DNA from: Lama guanicoe
Lineage: Eukaryota
Direction: 5' to 3'
Assembly: GCA_013239625.1 (NCBI GenBank)
Contig: MU054936.1
Coordinates: 1,419,829-1,483,828, forward strand
Length of the DNA: 64,000 nt
Below the pieces are notes generated by a model that saw only the letters and a list, made by a program, of their open reading frames with translations, made no database searches and was not told the origin of the DNA. Shown piece after piece: positions 37,556-51,097 of the stretch. Both the position numbers and the translations under genes were made by a program. How positions within the stretch are numbered: position 1 is the first letter of the stretch; every line of letters begins with the position of its first letter.

Positions 37556-38345
37556 TTTTTAAATTGAGATAATTCACATATAAAATTATATTCTTTTGAA
37601 ATGTACAGCATAATGACTCAATGTATATATATTGCAAAATTATCATCACAATAAGTTTCATTAACATCCATCACCACACATAGTTACAGAACTTCTTTTT
37701 TCTTGCGATGAGAACTTTTTTTTCATTTTTTTAAACATTTTTTATTGAGGTATAGTCTTTTTACAATGTTTTGTCAAATTCCAGCATTGAGCACAATTTT
37801 TCAGTTATACATTAACATACATATACGAAAACTTTCAAGATTTATTCTCTTAGTAACTTTCAAATATACAAGACAGTATTATTAGCTGTAGTCACCAGGC
37901 TGTACATTACATTCCTAGGACTTCCTTATTTTCTAACTTGAAGACTGTATCTTTCAACCACCTTCGTCCCATCCACCCACGGCCCCCTCCACCTCTGACA
38001 ACAGCCAGTCTGTTTTCTATACCTATGAGTTTGTTTTTTGGGGGGGTTGATTTTTTTTTCAGGTACCACATGTAAGTGAGATTACATGGTACTTAATCTT
38101 TGTCTGACTCATTTCACTTAGCCTAACACCCTCAACGCCCATTCATATTGTTACAAAGGTCAGAATCTCCTTCATTTCTATGGCTGTTCACTTGGGAGGT
38201 TTTTGATTACTGAGTCACCCACGTTACTGGTGATTGGTCCGCTCAGATTTTCTATTTTTTCATAATTCAACTTTGGTAGGTTGCATGTTTCTAGGAAATG
38301 ATCCATTTCTAACATGTGGGCTTTATATAACATATCAACATGCTT
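37556..38345 (-). mobile_element. Internally deleted L1MA-type element with a nested young L1 tail (~37717-37825)
   Basis: 3' UTR and ORF2 end joined near 38186 to mid-ORF2 (EMDHFLETCNLPKLNYEKIENLSGPIT); nested insert flanked by atgagaacttt/acgaaaacttt. Confidence 0.8.
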
Positions 38346-41300
38346 TCCATAACACATCAATGAAGATTAAAAGTATGATTAGAATAATAAAAAACCTTAA
38401 TTCATACAGCAAGTATTTATTGAACACCTGCTATGTACCAGGCACTGTTCGGGGTGCATGGGATGTGTCAGTGAACAAAACGGACAAAACTCCCTACCTT
38501 CCTGGAGCTTCCATTCCAACAGACATTTAAGCCACCAGCTTTTACATTTTACTAAAAGAAAATGTTACAAATTCACCTTACACATGATGCATGTGTACCC
38601 AACATGCTTTTTTTTTTAATCTTTGGATTTTTGAATGACTATAAGATGAAAGATGTCCTGGAGAAAGAGTGCTGGGTGAGGGTTCCTGAGAAGAAAGAAG
38701 GGAAAAAATCAAGACCACAGAAAAACAATGGAAAGATGCTTCTGTCTTACCCAGAAAATGATAAGCAATGAAAAGAAATATTAGAGCTCGAACTAGGTTC
38801 CCATTTTGAATGTGACCCAATGTTTCCCTGCTCTTTTCCATGGATGGGATGACTTAAACTCGGGTATGACATCTTCTCCACTTGGAGACTGAGGTGAGAA
38901 ACAGCAGCGTGAAGGAGTGAGGGGGTGTCGGTGGCTCCCAGCTGCTGTGGTCACCACGGGCCTCCTGAATGAGGCTGCTTTCACTTGTGCCAAAGCAGGG
39001 CCAGTCTCGGTTCCTACATGGCTCCTTTTAGCCATGATTTTATGAATATTATTTTTTTTAAACTGTAATATCTGCCTACATAGCTAGACTCCTTTTAAAA
39101 AGATTATCCATACAAAATGTGCTCCTTTCTGGGAAAATTATTTATTTGTGTCTGAATGCCACCAGAATCAAACTTATTAACATTTTCGGTGGTTTATTTC
39201 GATGATGTAATTGTGTTCTTACACAGAAAAGTGAAAAATGCAAGACAAAACCCTAAACGTATTATGCATGAGGGATCTATTTGAAGGGATGTTAACGTTC
39301 TAAAACTGGATTGTAGTGATAGTTGCACAACTCTGCAATTTACTAAATATTATTAAATTGCAGTTAAAATTGGTGAATGTTATGGTGTACAAAAAGTATA
39401 GCTCAATTCAAAAACTTTAAGTATGACATGAAAGGACAGATTCCTAACCAGACTCAGCCCAGGCTTGAAGAACTAAACACCACAGTCAGAATCAAGCCTA
39501 GTTTAGATGTTTCTGATTTGCTGGTTTTCAAAAATATGCACCTTTGGTAGAAAAAGTGATTGCTGTAATGTCTGTGATAACTTGAGAATTCATTTAAAGC
39601 AGACGTTGTATTTACACTGGTCTCTGGACAGTCTCCCTGAGGCTCCATGTGGATGCCCTGGTCCACGGCAATCAGAGCAAGTTCTTTAGAAAAAAATCGT
39701 CTTGGGTCTGCAATAAGGACCTCAGCTTCCAAAGCATCGAGTGCAGTGACAAACTATCTGTCAGGCCTTTGTCAGCAAAACTCCACTACTGCTGATTTGC
39801 CAGAACCCAGGACCTCACACTGAGGCCATTATAAAAGGAGCATTTGCATCACTCTAACTTGAGATTGAACCAAAGACCAAGCAAGTGTCCTCAACTGACT
39901 AGGAATTTTATTTTGCATTATTAGAAAATTAAACACATGAGTGTGTTCTAAACTTAAAAGTAAGCTGCAATACTCCTTTTGTGACCCTTACAGTCAGATT
40001 GGCACTTCTATGGTCAACATTTTCTGCCAGTAAAATCTCATTTGAGATAATTGACCTAATAGAAATCAACTTTTTTCAATTTGAGGATCAGATTCTCAGT
40101 GAAAGGTGGTGTTTCCAAACATCAGGCATTTGAGAATCTTCCCAGGTTTAAGATAAAGATAGCAGTTGTGGTAAAAACTAAGAACTGAGCAGAGCTAGCG
40201 TGTGTTGTTTTAAATCAAGAAGGTGCTCACAGATGGCTCAGAGAGAGATTTAGCAAGTCTGTGCTAATCACACTCATACATGGGAATATCTCCGTTGAAA
40301 ACAGCCAGATTTCATCATCCTCCTTCAGTAACAAAGAAGTATAATATTTAATGGCCTAAAATATTCCGTGTTTTATATTATAGTTACAGTTGGACGTATA
40401 TTATTAAAACCACAATGCAAGTTCGTGAGAGATGGTTCCCATTCAAAGTATACAAAAGGAGTATTCAAAATATTTTGAGGATACAAAATATTTGCCAAAG
40501 TCTAGATTTCGATAAATTAAGTCTTATGAGTTCTTGGATGTCTTCACTTCTTGACATTTCCAAACTTCTGTGTTTGCCTCAAATAGGTTAATTCCTCATA
40601 CCTAATAAATTATACAAAATAAAAATACAGTATATAAAAAGGTATCCATTTTACATACAAATAGATTTACCTGTCCTATTATAAAACTATTTTACCACAT
40701 CTGACACCTTATGTTAAATGCCCATTAAGTATGCAATTTTAATATCATATATTAGTAAGTATCAGTGGCCAAAATATGACAAACACCACGTTTAGTTTTA
40801 AATTTTGCTTTCAGAATATAACACAAAATAAAGAGATGATTCAAAAAAAGTGATTCAATTATCTTTTGACCACTATGTGCCAGGCATTGTATTAAGTTTT
40901 GAGCATGAAGTGTAAAATAAAACCAACAGGTTTTCCAGCTCTCGTGGTGCTTGTATTCTAGTTGGGAAACAGAAAATAAACAAATGCATGAACAAGATAA
41001 TTATAGGTTTGCCAGAGTGCAATACACAGGATTAGAAGTGTGATTTATAAAACGTAATTGGAGGAGGCTTCTTTTAAACAAGGTGGTCAGGGAACATCTC
41101 AGTAAGATGACATTTAAGTTGAACCTTGAAAGAAAAATGACAGTGGACTAATTCCTAAATGATCTATAAGTCGTTCCTGCTATGGCCAGACCATACAAAG
41201 TCATAGCAGAAAATGCATATCTGCTCCAGTTGTCTCTGCTGTTAGTGAGAGACCAGACAGCTGGTGTGTGGGTTATTACAGAAAAAGAAAGACACATTAA

Positions 41301-42650
41301 GTAGTATTTTTCTGTATATATTTCTGACTTTTATTAATTACTTAGAGAATTACTTGGACTATAGAATGAAATTTAATTCTTTTAAAATATAAATGCTCCC
41401 AATGTAATGGAGAGTCAAATTGTAACTGAAAGTGTTGAGTTTAAAAGGCGTGATAATACTTGCCAGCAGTGACGTGTGCAATAATTTAAGTAACGAAACA
41501 AAAATATGGTAGTATTAAACTGAATAGAATTGACTTTTTGTTACTTTGAATGAATTGTAGAAGACTACAAGCTAAGAACTGAACAATCGATAAAAATTTA
41601 AGGAACTGAGACTTTTTCTTTAATGCTGCTAGGCATTCATTAGGTTCTCAATGACTACTGATTAATTAAAAGAGGGAAAACAGGCAAATATGATCTTTAT
41701 AAAACTTCTCTGAATTTCATCAATTACCATAATAGTCTGGGTTACCACAATGGGACATTTCACAATGAGACACAGATTGTGCAAGAATCTACTGCTTGCC
41801 TATCCCATAGCTATTCCCTAACCCCACACACTTCTTGCTAAAAAGAACCCCAATGTCGTGCAGATATGAAGAAGTTAAATGCTTTGGAAGAGCTAGGTCC
41901 TTCCTCAGCCTTCCACAGAGAATCATGATTGGTCTAAGCCAATTGGTAACCTCAACTCCACTCGCCAGTGATTGGTTTGAGCAGTCACATGATTCAACTC
42001 TGACCAAAGATATTTGAAAAGGAGTCAATGTTATAGTGGCATGGTGCTTCCATGAAAAGTCTTTCTTGCTTCCTAAAAGAAAATGATGGGGGGAAATATG
42101 CCACGCTTCCATGTTCTTGATCTTCTGTTTAGTTTTGATATCAGGATTTGGGGCTCATAAGAGCTTATATGAGCCAAGATCCCAAAACCAGCAGGTTGGA
42201 AGGGTGTAAAGATCCTAGGAAAGTTTTGACACTGTTGAAGTTGTCAAATAATCATCTGTGGAAATATCCAACAACTAGACTTCTCATATGAAAATATGAA
42301 TTTTCTTATTTTTAATGTTAGCCTCATTTTAAGTGAGTTTTAGTTATTTGCATCTGTGTTTATCTTCATTCAGTGACTAGTTCTATTCTCAGGTAACATT
42401 CAGTAGATTAACTGAACATACTCTATTGTAATCCAAATATACAGTTGACTTGGTATTTCAATGTAGACAGTCAAACCACTCTTCCCAGCAGCAGGATGAG
42501 TATTCACAACACAGTGCTCCTTGTGTAGGTAAATACAAACTGCTTCTCTTATCTCACTGATCCTTAAAATCTTCATTGTAGAGAAAATGTTTACTAGTTC
42601 TCTCCTCTGAAAGATCAAATTGACATTACCAAGTAGCATATTGTCTAAGG

Positions 42651-43197
42651 CAGTGGTTCTTAAGCCTTTTAGTCTTAGGACTCCTTTAAACTCTTAAAAA
42701 TTATTGAGGATAATTATTTCAAAATTAAAAGTTAAAACAAAAATTACTGAAGGCCCCAAAGACCTTTACTTTATGTAGATTATATCTAACAACATTTACT
42801 GTGTAAAAAATTAAAACTGAGAACATTTTAAACTATACATACACAATTATTAATTCCTTAATGGATAATGGATAATTAAGGAATGGATAATTCCTTAATG
42901 GATTAATGGATAACAGTTATCCATTGCATATTAATATAAAATATGTTTTTATATAAAAATAACTGTATTTTCCAGAACTAATTTCTTCTGCAAATCTCTT
43001 TAATGTCTGACTTTGTTGAAAATGACTGGATTCTCACATCTGCTCTACATTCAATCTGTTGCTGTATGTTGTCTTGGTTGAACTATATGAAAAAAATCTG
43101 GCCTCAAACAAATATGTTTGGGAAAGAAATCATTTTATGAACCCTTAACTGAATTCCAGAGATTCCCTGGAAGTCCTGCACGCTCCATGAACCACTG
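42651..43197. mobile_element. hAT-Charlie element
   Basis: TIRs CAGTGGTTC...GAACCACTG; flanks gtctaagg/atctgaga resemble the NTCTAGAN target. Confidence 0.75.
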
Positions 43198-43832
43198 ATC
43201 TGAGATAACATGGTCACACTATGAAACACTGTTTCTTGTTCCATCATCAAGAAGTCACAAGCAAACACTGGCAGATGAGAAGCATCAGAGTCAATCCTCT
43301 GTCTCTTTAGGAAAATTTCACTGTCCATAATCATGATAAATGGCTCATTCTATTAACCAACCAAATCTGTCTTAGCTTTTAAAATTATTGAAAGCAAATT
43401 CAGGAGAAGACTGAGACGAGAAGCCATGAGCACAGAATTAATTGTGAAATGCTTTATCTGGTACTCATTAGTGTTCTCTGGTGATTCTGGGATGCCCACC
43501 CTGAGTGGGTACATGGCAGAGTGCACTTCCTGCCTGTCACTGGAAGTCAAGTGTCGCCTTGTGATGTATGAATGGAAGCAATATGCCTTGTTTCTAAATG
43601 AAAGCCTTAAGGACCAATGGGCAATTTGTCATGTTTCTTTCCCCCATGTCTGGATGGAGGAGAGTCCATCAGTCTGAACAAGGAAGATAATGGAGCAGGG
43701 CCTCCCACTGACCAGAAGTAACTCTTTGTGATTTTAAACTAGTGAGATTTTGGAGTTGTTTGTTCCTGTGGCATAACACTGTGGTACCTGATTCACTTTA
43801 CTTTTTGATCCATTAATGAAGAACATCATGAA

Positions 43833-43986
43833 GGGGGAGAGTATAGTTCAGTGATAGATCACATGCTTAGCATGCACAAGGTCCTGGGTTCAATCCCCAG
43901 TACCTCCTCTAAAAATAAATATATAAATAAGTAAACCTAATTACCACCCCCAAAATACATAAAGAAAATTTTTAAATTAAAAAAAA
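43833..43986 (+). mobile_element. Camelid tRNA-derived SINE (Vic-1-like)
   Basis: A box tagttcagtgatag, B box ggttcaatccc, A-rich tail; TSD aagaaca(t/c)catg. Confidence 0.88.
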
Positions 43987-44369
43987 AGAACACCATGGAA
44001 GCATACAGTATAATCATAAAATCCTTTCTACAATTCTATCAAGTTGGAAGACCAGATAAGGATTGTATTGCTTTTGATTAAAGGTTTATAGGGAAAGAAA
44101 TACATTTAATGTGATCTTTGAAGAAAATTATAATTATCAAAACAATCTCAAATTGGGATGACTTTCTAATGCCAAAGGCAACATTTTGGAGTATTTTTTT
44201 TAAGGATCTTCATTCATTCTAAAAAATATTCATCTACTGAAACAATGTGAAGACTCTGCTAGGCTCTAGAGATACCTTGATGGGATCCACCCTCATGGAG
44301 GGGACCATCTGAAAACTTCATAGAAACTATGAGTCTAAGTCAGACCTTAGGTGCTTATTTAAAAAAAAA

Positions 44370-44865
44370 TACTGTTTTATGATGAATAGTAGAATCTCAA
44401 ATTAACAGTGACTTAAAGTTGAAGTTTATTTTTCCCTCATGTAAAATAGTTTACCAGGTAGACATTCCAAAGTTAGTATGACAACTCTTTTTAATCAGAG
44501 ACCCACACAGTTTCCTTTTGTCTCTTTGTTCCACTATCCCCAGAGTATGGGCTTTGCCTTCATTGCCCAAGATAGCTGCTAGAGATCCAGCCATCACATC
44601 TGTACTCCAGGTAATATTATGATAGAATAGACAAAGAAGAAAGGTAAAAGAGCCTATGACTGATACTTTTAAAGAAGTGTCTTAGAAGTTGCCATATAAC
44701 TTTTCTTTTTATTCTCTTTGGTCAGAATTTAGCCACATAACCACACTTTGCTATAAGGAAAGCTGGAAAATAAAGCCTTTATGGTGAGCAACCCTATCCC
44801 TACCTAAAAATCAGAGGGATTATTGCCAGGGAAGAATGAATATTGAGGTGGCAGCTAGCAGATTC
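44370..44865 (-). mobile_element. Old MLT1 LTR
   Basis: acagtgacttaaa...ccaagatagctgct...cagaatttagccacataaccacac motifs. Confidence 0.65.
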
Positions 44866-45159
44866 TGCCACACTGTTCTATAGCAATTGCTACATAAAAC
44901 TACCTGCAAGAAATTTTATCAGAAGAATAATTCATATATTTGTTGATTCCCTCCTTCCTGCTTACATATTCACTGGGCTCTGGAAGTCTGGAGCTGTCAT
45001 ACCTTTGATCATAGCACTGGATATGGTTTGAAAGCGAGTTTTCTCTAGGTTTGGAAAGGTGAATGTCAGGATAAATTGATCTACTGGGATTACCCTTAAT
45101 CATCGAATGATACCTAGACAAGATTATGTCCAGGAGGCAATCTTTTGGTTATAGTGTAT

Positions 45160-46040
45160 TTATTTTTTAAAACTTTTAGTATTGTATTATTTCAAACTTA
45201 CAAAAAGATTACAAGGACTCCTATATTCCCTTTACCCAAGTTCATTAATTGTTAAACATTTTGCCTCACTTGTTTTATGGTTGTATGTGTATATTTTTTC
45301 CCAATAATTTGGGAGTAAGTTGTGGACATCTTGCCCCTTTATCACTAAATGCTTTAGTGTGCAAATGCTCAAATCAAGGACAGTTCTTTAAAAACCACTG
45401 TACAGTTAACCAAATCAGGAAATTCTACATTGACACCATGACAGTTATCTACTTCCAGCCAGTATTCAGATGTCACCAATTATCCCTATAATACCTTTTA
45501 TTGCTGTTTGTATTTTCCTGGCCCAGGATCCAATCCAGGATCACACACTGAATTCAGTTTGCACATCTCCTTAGTCCCTTTCATTGGTGACAGTCCTTCA
45601 GCCTTTCTTTGTCTGTCATGACCTTAGCATTTTTTCAAGAGCACTGGCCAATTATTTTGCAGAATGCTCCGCGAATTAAGAGTATTTGATATTCCCTCAT
45701 TATTTATTCAGATTATGTAAATTTGGGAGGAATAACTCAGCAATGATGTTTTATCTCTAGCAAGGCATCCTAACAGGGAGTACATGATGTGGCTTTGTTG
45801 CATTATTGTGATATTAAATTTAATCACTTGCTTAAGGTTCCTCCATTGTGAAGTTGTTTCCTGTTTGTTATTAATAAGTAGTTCTGGGGATATGCTTTGA
45901 GACTATATAAATATCTTGTTTCTCACCACATGTTCACCACTAGTTTTGGCATCCATTGATTCTTGCCTTAATCAATTACAATGGTGGGTTCAAATTTCTA
46001 GTTCTGTCATTTCTTCTACATCATTAGTTGGCATTCTACA
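45160..46040 (-). mobile_element. L1MC/ME-type 3' fragment
   Basis: tttcaaacttacaaaaagattacaag...caggatccaatccaggatcacac characteristic sequence. Confidence 0.7.
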
Positions 46041-46156
46041 CCATAGTACTTTGATTTTTTAAAAATCCAGAGATGCTATTTCATTCAGAATTCTGTTTGA
46101 TATTTAAGTCTATAGGCATGGAAAATAATAAAATAACTTATGGTTTTGTAAATGAA

Positions 46157-46355
46157 GTATTTTAGTCAGTTTAGGCTTCTGTAACAAGTTGCCATTGATG
46201 GGGTGGCTTATAAACAATAGGAATTTATTTCTTTCAATTCTGTAAACTAGAAGTCCAAGATCAGGGTGCCGGCATGCTCATTTTCTAACAAGGGCTCTCT
46301 TCTAGCATGTGGACCACCACCTTCTTGCTGTGTCCTCACCTGGAGGAAAGAGCTA
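46157..46355 (-). mobile_element. MLT1 LTR fragment running into a gap
   Basis: tattttagtcagttt...ggtggcttataaacaataggaatttatttct...gaagtccaagatcaggg. Confidence 0.8.
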
Positions 46356-46533
46356 NNNNNNNNNNNNNNNNNNNNNNNNNNNNNNNNNNNNNNNNNNNNN
46401 NNNNNNNNNNNNNNNNNNNNNNNNNNNNNNNNNNNNNNNNNNNNNNNNNNNNNNNNNNNNNNNNNNNNNNNNNNNNNNNNNNNNNNNNNNNNNNNNNNNN
46501 NNNNNNNNNNNNNNNNNNNNNNNNNNNNNNNNN
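46356..46533. other. Assembly gap (N run)
   Basis: N bases. Confidence 1.
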
Positions 46534-46631
46534 AATCTGTCTTTGAGCACAGTGTAATTTTGATGGGTGGCTTTTTATAGACAACCAAAGTAAGTCATAG
46601 GTGTATTATAACTACCATTATATAACTAAAA

Positions 46632-46860
46632 ATGTATTTTTATTGACGTATAGTTGATTTACAATGTTGTGTTAATTGCAGGTGTACAGCAAAGTGATTC
46701 AGTTATATGTATGTGTATATATATACACAGATTCCTTTTTCAGATTCTTTTCCATTATAGATTATTATAAGATACTGAATATAGTTCCCTGTGCTATACA
46801 GTAGGTCCAAGTATTGTGTAGTTTTTAATCCCAAACTCCTAATTTATCCCTTCCCACCAT
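46632..46860 (-). mobile_element. Young L1 3' end
   Basis: ttttattgacgtatagttgatttacaatgttgtg...gttccctgtgctatacagtagg. Confidence 0.85.
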
Positions 46861-47748
46861 GGTTATAGATTTACCCTGTTCTCAGAGCCAAGGATTATCA
46901 AGAGCAAGGCAGGCTTCAGTCCTAGGAGGGCTGATAGCTAAGCAGTGATAGCTAAGAAAGGTTATATTAAAATAGATAACTTGATATTAAAAATTTTGGA
47001 ACATATGTGGCAGTGATTACTTATGGTCTACTAAAGTTTTTAGAGGGTAAGATGCTTCCTTGTAACAGGGACATTTAGCCCCCGTCATTTCAGTACGGGG
47101 CCTCCTCCCACACACTTCAGCTGTGCCTGTTGTCCTCGGATCCAAAACTTGTCGGGTCGACCTTTCCTGGCTTCAGCTGTGGTGGGGCAGGGGTGTTTGC
47201 CTGGGGCCTGTGCTGGGGAAGGTGGGGGTCTAGCTTCTGCAAACACAGCCTTTTAACTATTACTTCTGTGTTCAGCATCTCTTTACATTCTCATCTTCAA
47301 TGGTGCTGGCACCTCCAATTCTTGGGGCCTCGCAGGGTTCTGCAGCATGAATCAGCTTGTTTCTGGCTATTACTTTCCCCACTGCTGGTTTGGGTGTCAG
47401 CTTTCTTCAGATCAATGAATCAGTCACTAGTTCTCCACTCACTCCCCTTCTCTTTGCCCTTGAACATGTACACCTTTTTTTTTTGTTCTTTCACCATCAT
47501 GCTGAGTAGGGTTTTAGGAGAGAACTGAGATGAATGTGTGCATTTAGTCCACATTTCCAGATATCTCTTTAATTATGTCATTAGAGGTAAGCTGGGTTGA
47601 AGCAGAACCAAGAACAACCGCCTAGTCAGTATAAATTCAGAAGCATATGCTCTTATTCTAGAATAAGACTATTATTGACAATCTGCTATATGAATGCTAA
47701 TTTCTTAATAAATGTTAATTCTAACAAGATTATTCCAGAGCTAGTTTC

Positions 47749-47915
47749 TTTTTTCATATATATTTTATTTAGTTAGTTTGTTTCGGGTTTTTTTTGGGGG
47801 GGGTAGGTAATTAGGTTTCTTTCTTTTTTCTTTATTTTAATGGAGGTACTGAGAATTGAACCCATGGCCTCAAGCATGCTAAGCATGTGCTGTACCGCTG
47901 GGCTATACCCTACCC
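47749..47915 (-). mobile_element. Camelid tRNA-derived SINE (Vic-1-like)
   Basis: Reverse complement of the 43833 family; TSD tcca(g/a)a(g/c)ctagtttc at 47734-47748 and 47916-47930. Confidence 0.88.
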
Positions 47916-48439
47916 TCCAAACCTAGTTTCCATAGACAATTTAATACTAGTTGAAAATGTACCATAATGCACATAATGCACACCTGATGTCGAATCCAGT
48001 AATTTGTTGCACAAACTAGCAGAGGGTCACAGAATGTTTGGGGAGGGTGACGATGCTACTTCTGCAGCCCACTCCACTCCCCACGTTGTCTTCTGCCCTG
48101 TTCAGTGATCGCTGCATCAGTCTGACTGCTGCTAACTTAAGGAAAAGAGAATCTGTTGGAAGGATACCAGGAATGTGTGGGCTCAAAGGGAGGCTGGAAT
48201 TTGAGAGAAGGAAGGACAGGGACGAAGCAGGGAATACTGACTATCACCCACACAGATCACCTTGGTCAAATGTTGCAGCTGAGGCCACCACTGTATAAGG
48301 CTGATCATTAAAGTGCCCCATCCTTGGTACACTCCCTCAGGATTCAAGGTCCAGGAATATCCTTTGTCCAGCCCAAGCCACTGCAAAGGGTTGATATCAG
48401 GTTGCTCACAACCGTAGGAAACTGAACTTGATCCTTCCA

Positions 48440-49146
48440 GGACCTTCCGAGGCATGTACAGCCTGCCTCTCAGAGGCATCCACTTACCCACCAGGTAAGC
48501 TTCAGTCAGGCAGAGGACAGATCTGTATCCTTGGCTTTCAGTTTCCGAGAAATGGGAGATTAGAACCATGAATTCCTGCCCCCAAGAATTCCCCTTAAGA
48601 AATCAGGATTTCATCGGAAAGGGGGCTGTGTATCAGACACCTGTTGGGCCCCGCCTCACATCCTCAGCCTCAGCGCTGTTTGCACCCGTGGCTTTGACAA
48701 ACTGCTATGTGGGTTCAAATGGCTTCATGCTGCCGGCACCTTGCCTCCAGCCCTATGAGCATCCTTTACTGCCTGCCCGGGGCTGCTGTTCCAGCTGCTC
48801 GGGAGACTCCTCAGCATGCTCCCACGCACATCGCTGAAGTCAGGGGGGTTATTGCCTCTGGGGCCACCTCAACCAGTGGGTGATGGATAAATACTTCTCC
48901 TGGTCAAATTGTTCAGTGGACAGTTCTGAACTGTCTATCCCTCCTCAGCAAGTCCTGGAGGGATCAAATCCCAATTACCCACTGTGGTGAATAACTTGAT
49001 AAAAGAAAAAGTAGTTTTTTTCTTTCTTTACTGTGTTATGCTTTCTGGTTCCTTACTCTGGCTCCCCGAGACCACATGCTAACTAAACTGCCTGCAGGCA
49101 AGTCTTTGTTTCAGGCTCTGTTCTGGGGGAAGCCAGGCTAGGACAG
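48440..49146 (+). mobile_element. Old ERVL LTR (LTR16/LTR33-like)
   Basis: Ends ctaaactgcctgcaggcaagtc...tcaggctctgttctgggggaagccaggctaggaca. Confidence 0.6.
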
Positions 49147-50639
49147 AATGAAAGCTGAGGAGACAAAACAAAGACAGCTTCAGGGGTTACGTCCATGAAA
49201 GCAGCCATCATTGTTTATGTGGGTTCTGTTTGTTCTAATTTTAAGTGTTAGAAAAATAATAGTACAGTGTATCCAAGGTGTTGGTAACTGTGGTCCCACC
49301 TCAAAGGTCCCTTGCATGCACAGAATTTGCATGTACAGTTCAGTCCCCCAAGTACAGTCCAGACCTTCCCACCACTCCCACTATCTTACTAGGTGTCCAG
49401 GATCTGACATGTCTTGGGCTCACTGGCATCCTGAGGTACAGAGGGGGTAACCGGGGGACAATCAGAAGGAACCCCAGAGAAGTCTTTCTTTCTCATATGT
49501 CCCCCCTACTGTAAACTCACTGGGTCTGGTGTCAGTGCCCTCATAGTGATGTTCCCTTGGGGATGAAAAGCAAAATCAATTGATGTTTTATTCATGACAG
49601 TGCTGCCTTAGCCAATATACCCCAGACTTCAGTGGCTTAATCCAATAAAGTTTATTTCTTACTTTTGCAAAGTCCAATGCGCATACCCCTCATCATGCAG
49701 CTTTCCAGGGTGGTGTCCTCCAAGCCCTTTCCATCCTGTAGATTCACAGAGTGCAGTGAAAAGAGAAGCAGGGTCAAGCACAGATGATTTCTCATAGTCC
49801 AGGCCTGGAAGTGGTACTCGCTACTTCCATCCAGTCCCATTGGCCAGAACCAGTTACATGGTCTCACCTGAATGCTGTGAGCTGGAGACTGTAGACTCCT
49901 TGTGTGACCAGGAGGAACATGAAATGACTTGGTGAGCTCAGGAGTGTCTCTGCCTCATCTGGCAGGAGGTTCTTGCTCAGTGATTGCTGGACCATCGTAG
50001 AAGAGGACTCAGATCCCTCCTCAGGCCTGTTCTCATGGCATGGGGCTTTTTCCCATCTTGGGCTACTTCCCCCAGTTTAATTCCCAGGCTCCTGGGGTCC
50101 CAACTGGTCTTGCTCATCTCCGGCCCCTCTCATCAGTCTCCCCCATCCCCATGCCTCATCCCTCTCCATGCCCTGGGTTCTCTTCCAGCAGACTTCAATG
50201 ACTTTTGAAATCTAGGGCCTAAATCAAAAGCAGCCAAAATAGTCAAATCCCTTCCTGAGGGAATGGAAGTTTCAGTCTTTGAACCCTCCCATGGGGTAAG
50301 AAGTAATTACATCCCATCCATCTAATTCAGCAAAGAATAGGCTGAGAAAAAGAGCAAAGCAGCCAAGTTTTCACATTCAGAGTGACTGGATATTTGTATT
50401 CTGCCATGACTGTCTCACGTCCCCTTTTCTCCATCCACATTGCCTTGTTTCCGGTTCATGTCCTCACCATCTCCTACCTGGACCAGTTGGGAGTCTTTGC
50501 ATCTACCCCTCAGTCATTGTTATCTTCTAACGTGAAAACCTGACCAAGTCATTCTACAGTGTAAAAACTTACAATAGTTCTCCATAGGCACATCGATACG
50601 CTTGTACTCAATGGCATGATACTTCTGGCAGGAAAAGTA

Positions 50640-51097
50640 ATGCATCTTCCCACCCTGTGAAGGTGTCACACCCTAATCCCCAGAACTTGTGAATATGTTT
50701 TAGTAAAATGATCTTGCAGATGTGAGTAAGGATCTTGAGATGGGAGATTATCCTGGATGATCTGAGTGGGCCCGAGGTAATCACAGGAGTTTTCATAAGA
50801 GGAAGGCAGGAGGATGTCAGTAATAGGAGATGTGGTAATGGAAGCAGAAGCTTGAAGTGATGGGAAGAAGGGATCATGAGCTAAGGGATGCAGGCAGCCT
50901 CTGGAAGCTGGAGGAAGCAGCAAACGGATTCTCCCTCTGGAGCCTCCAAAAGGAACCAACCCGGAGACACCTTGATTTTAGCCCCGTAGACTTATTTTGG
51001 ACTTCTGGCCTTCAGAATGGTAAGAAAATTAACTCACGTTGTTTTGAGCCACTAGGTTCATGGTAATTTATTACAGCGGCCATAGCAAGCTGTTACG
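50640..51097 (+). mobile_element. MLT1D-like LTR
   Basis: cctaatccccagaacttgtgaatatg...gagattatcctggatga...ggattctccctctggagcctcca. Confidence 0.85.

Noticed and set aside
43833-43910. tRNA-Ala-like sequence (also near 47840-47915 and 60587-60665)
   Set aside because: Degenerate stems, shared non-tRNA body, A-rich tail and TSDs show these are SINEs, not tRNA genes
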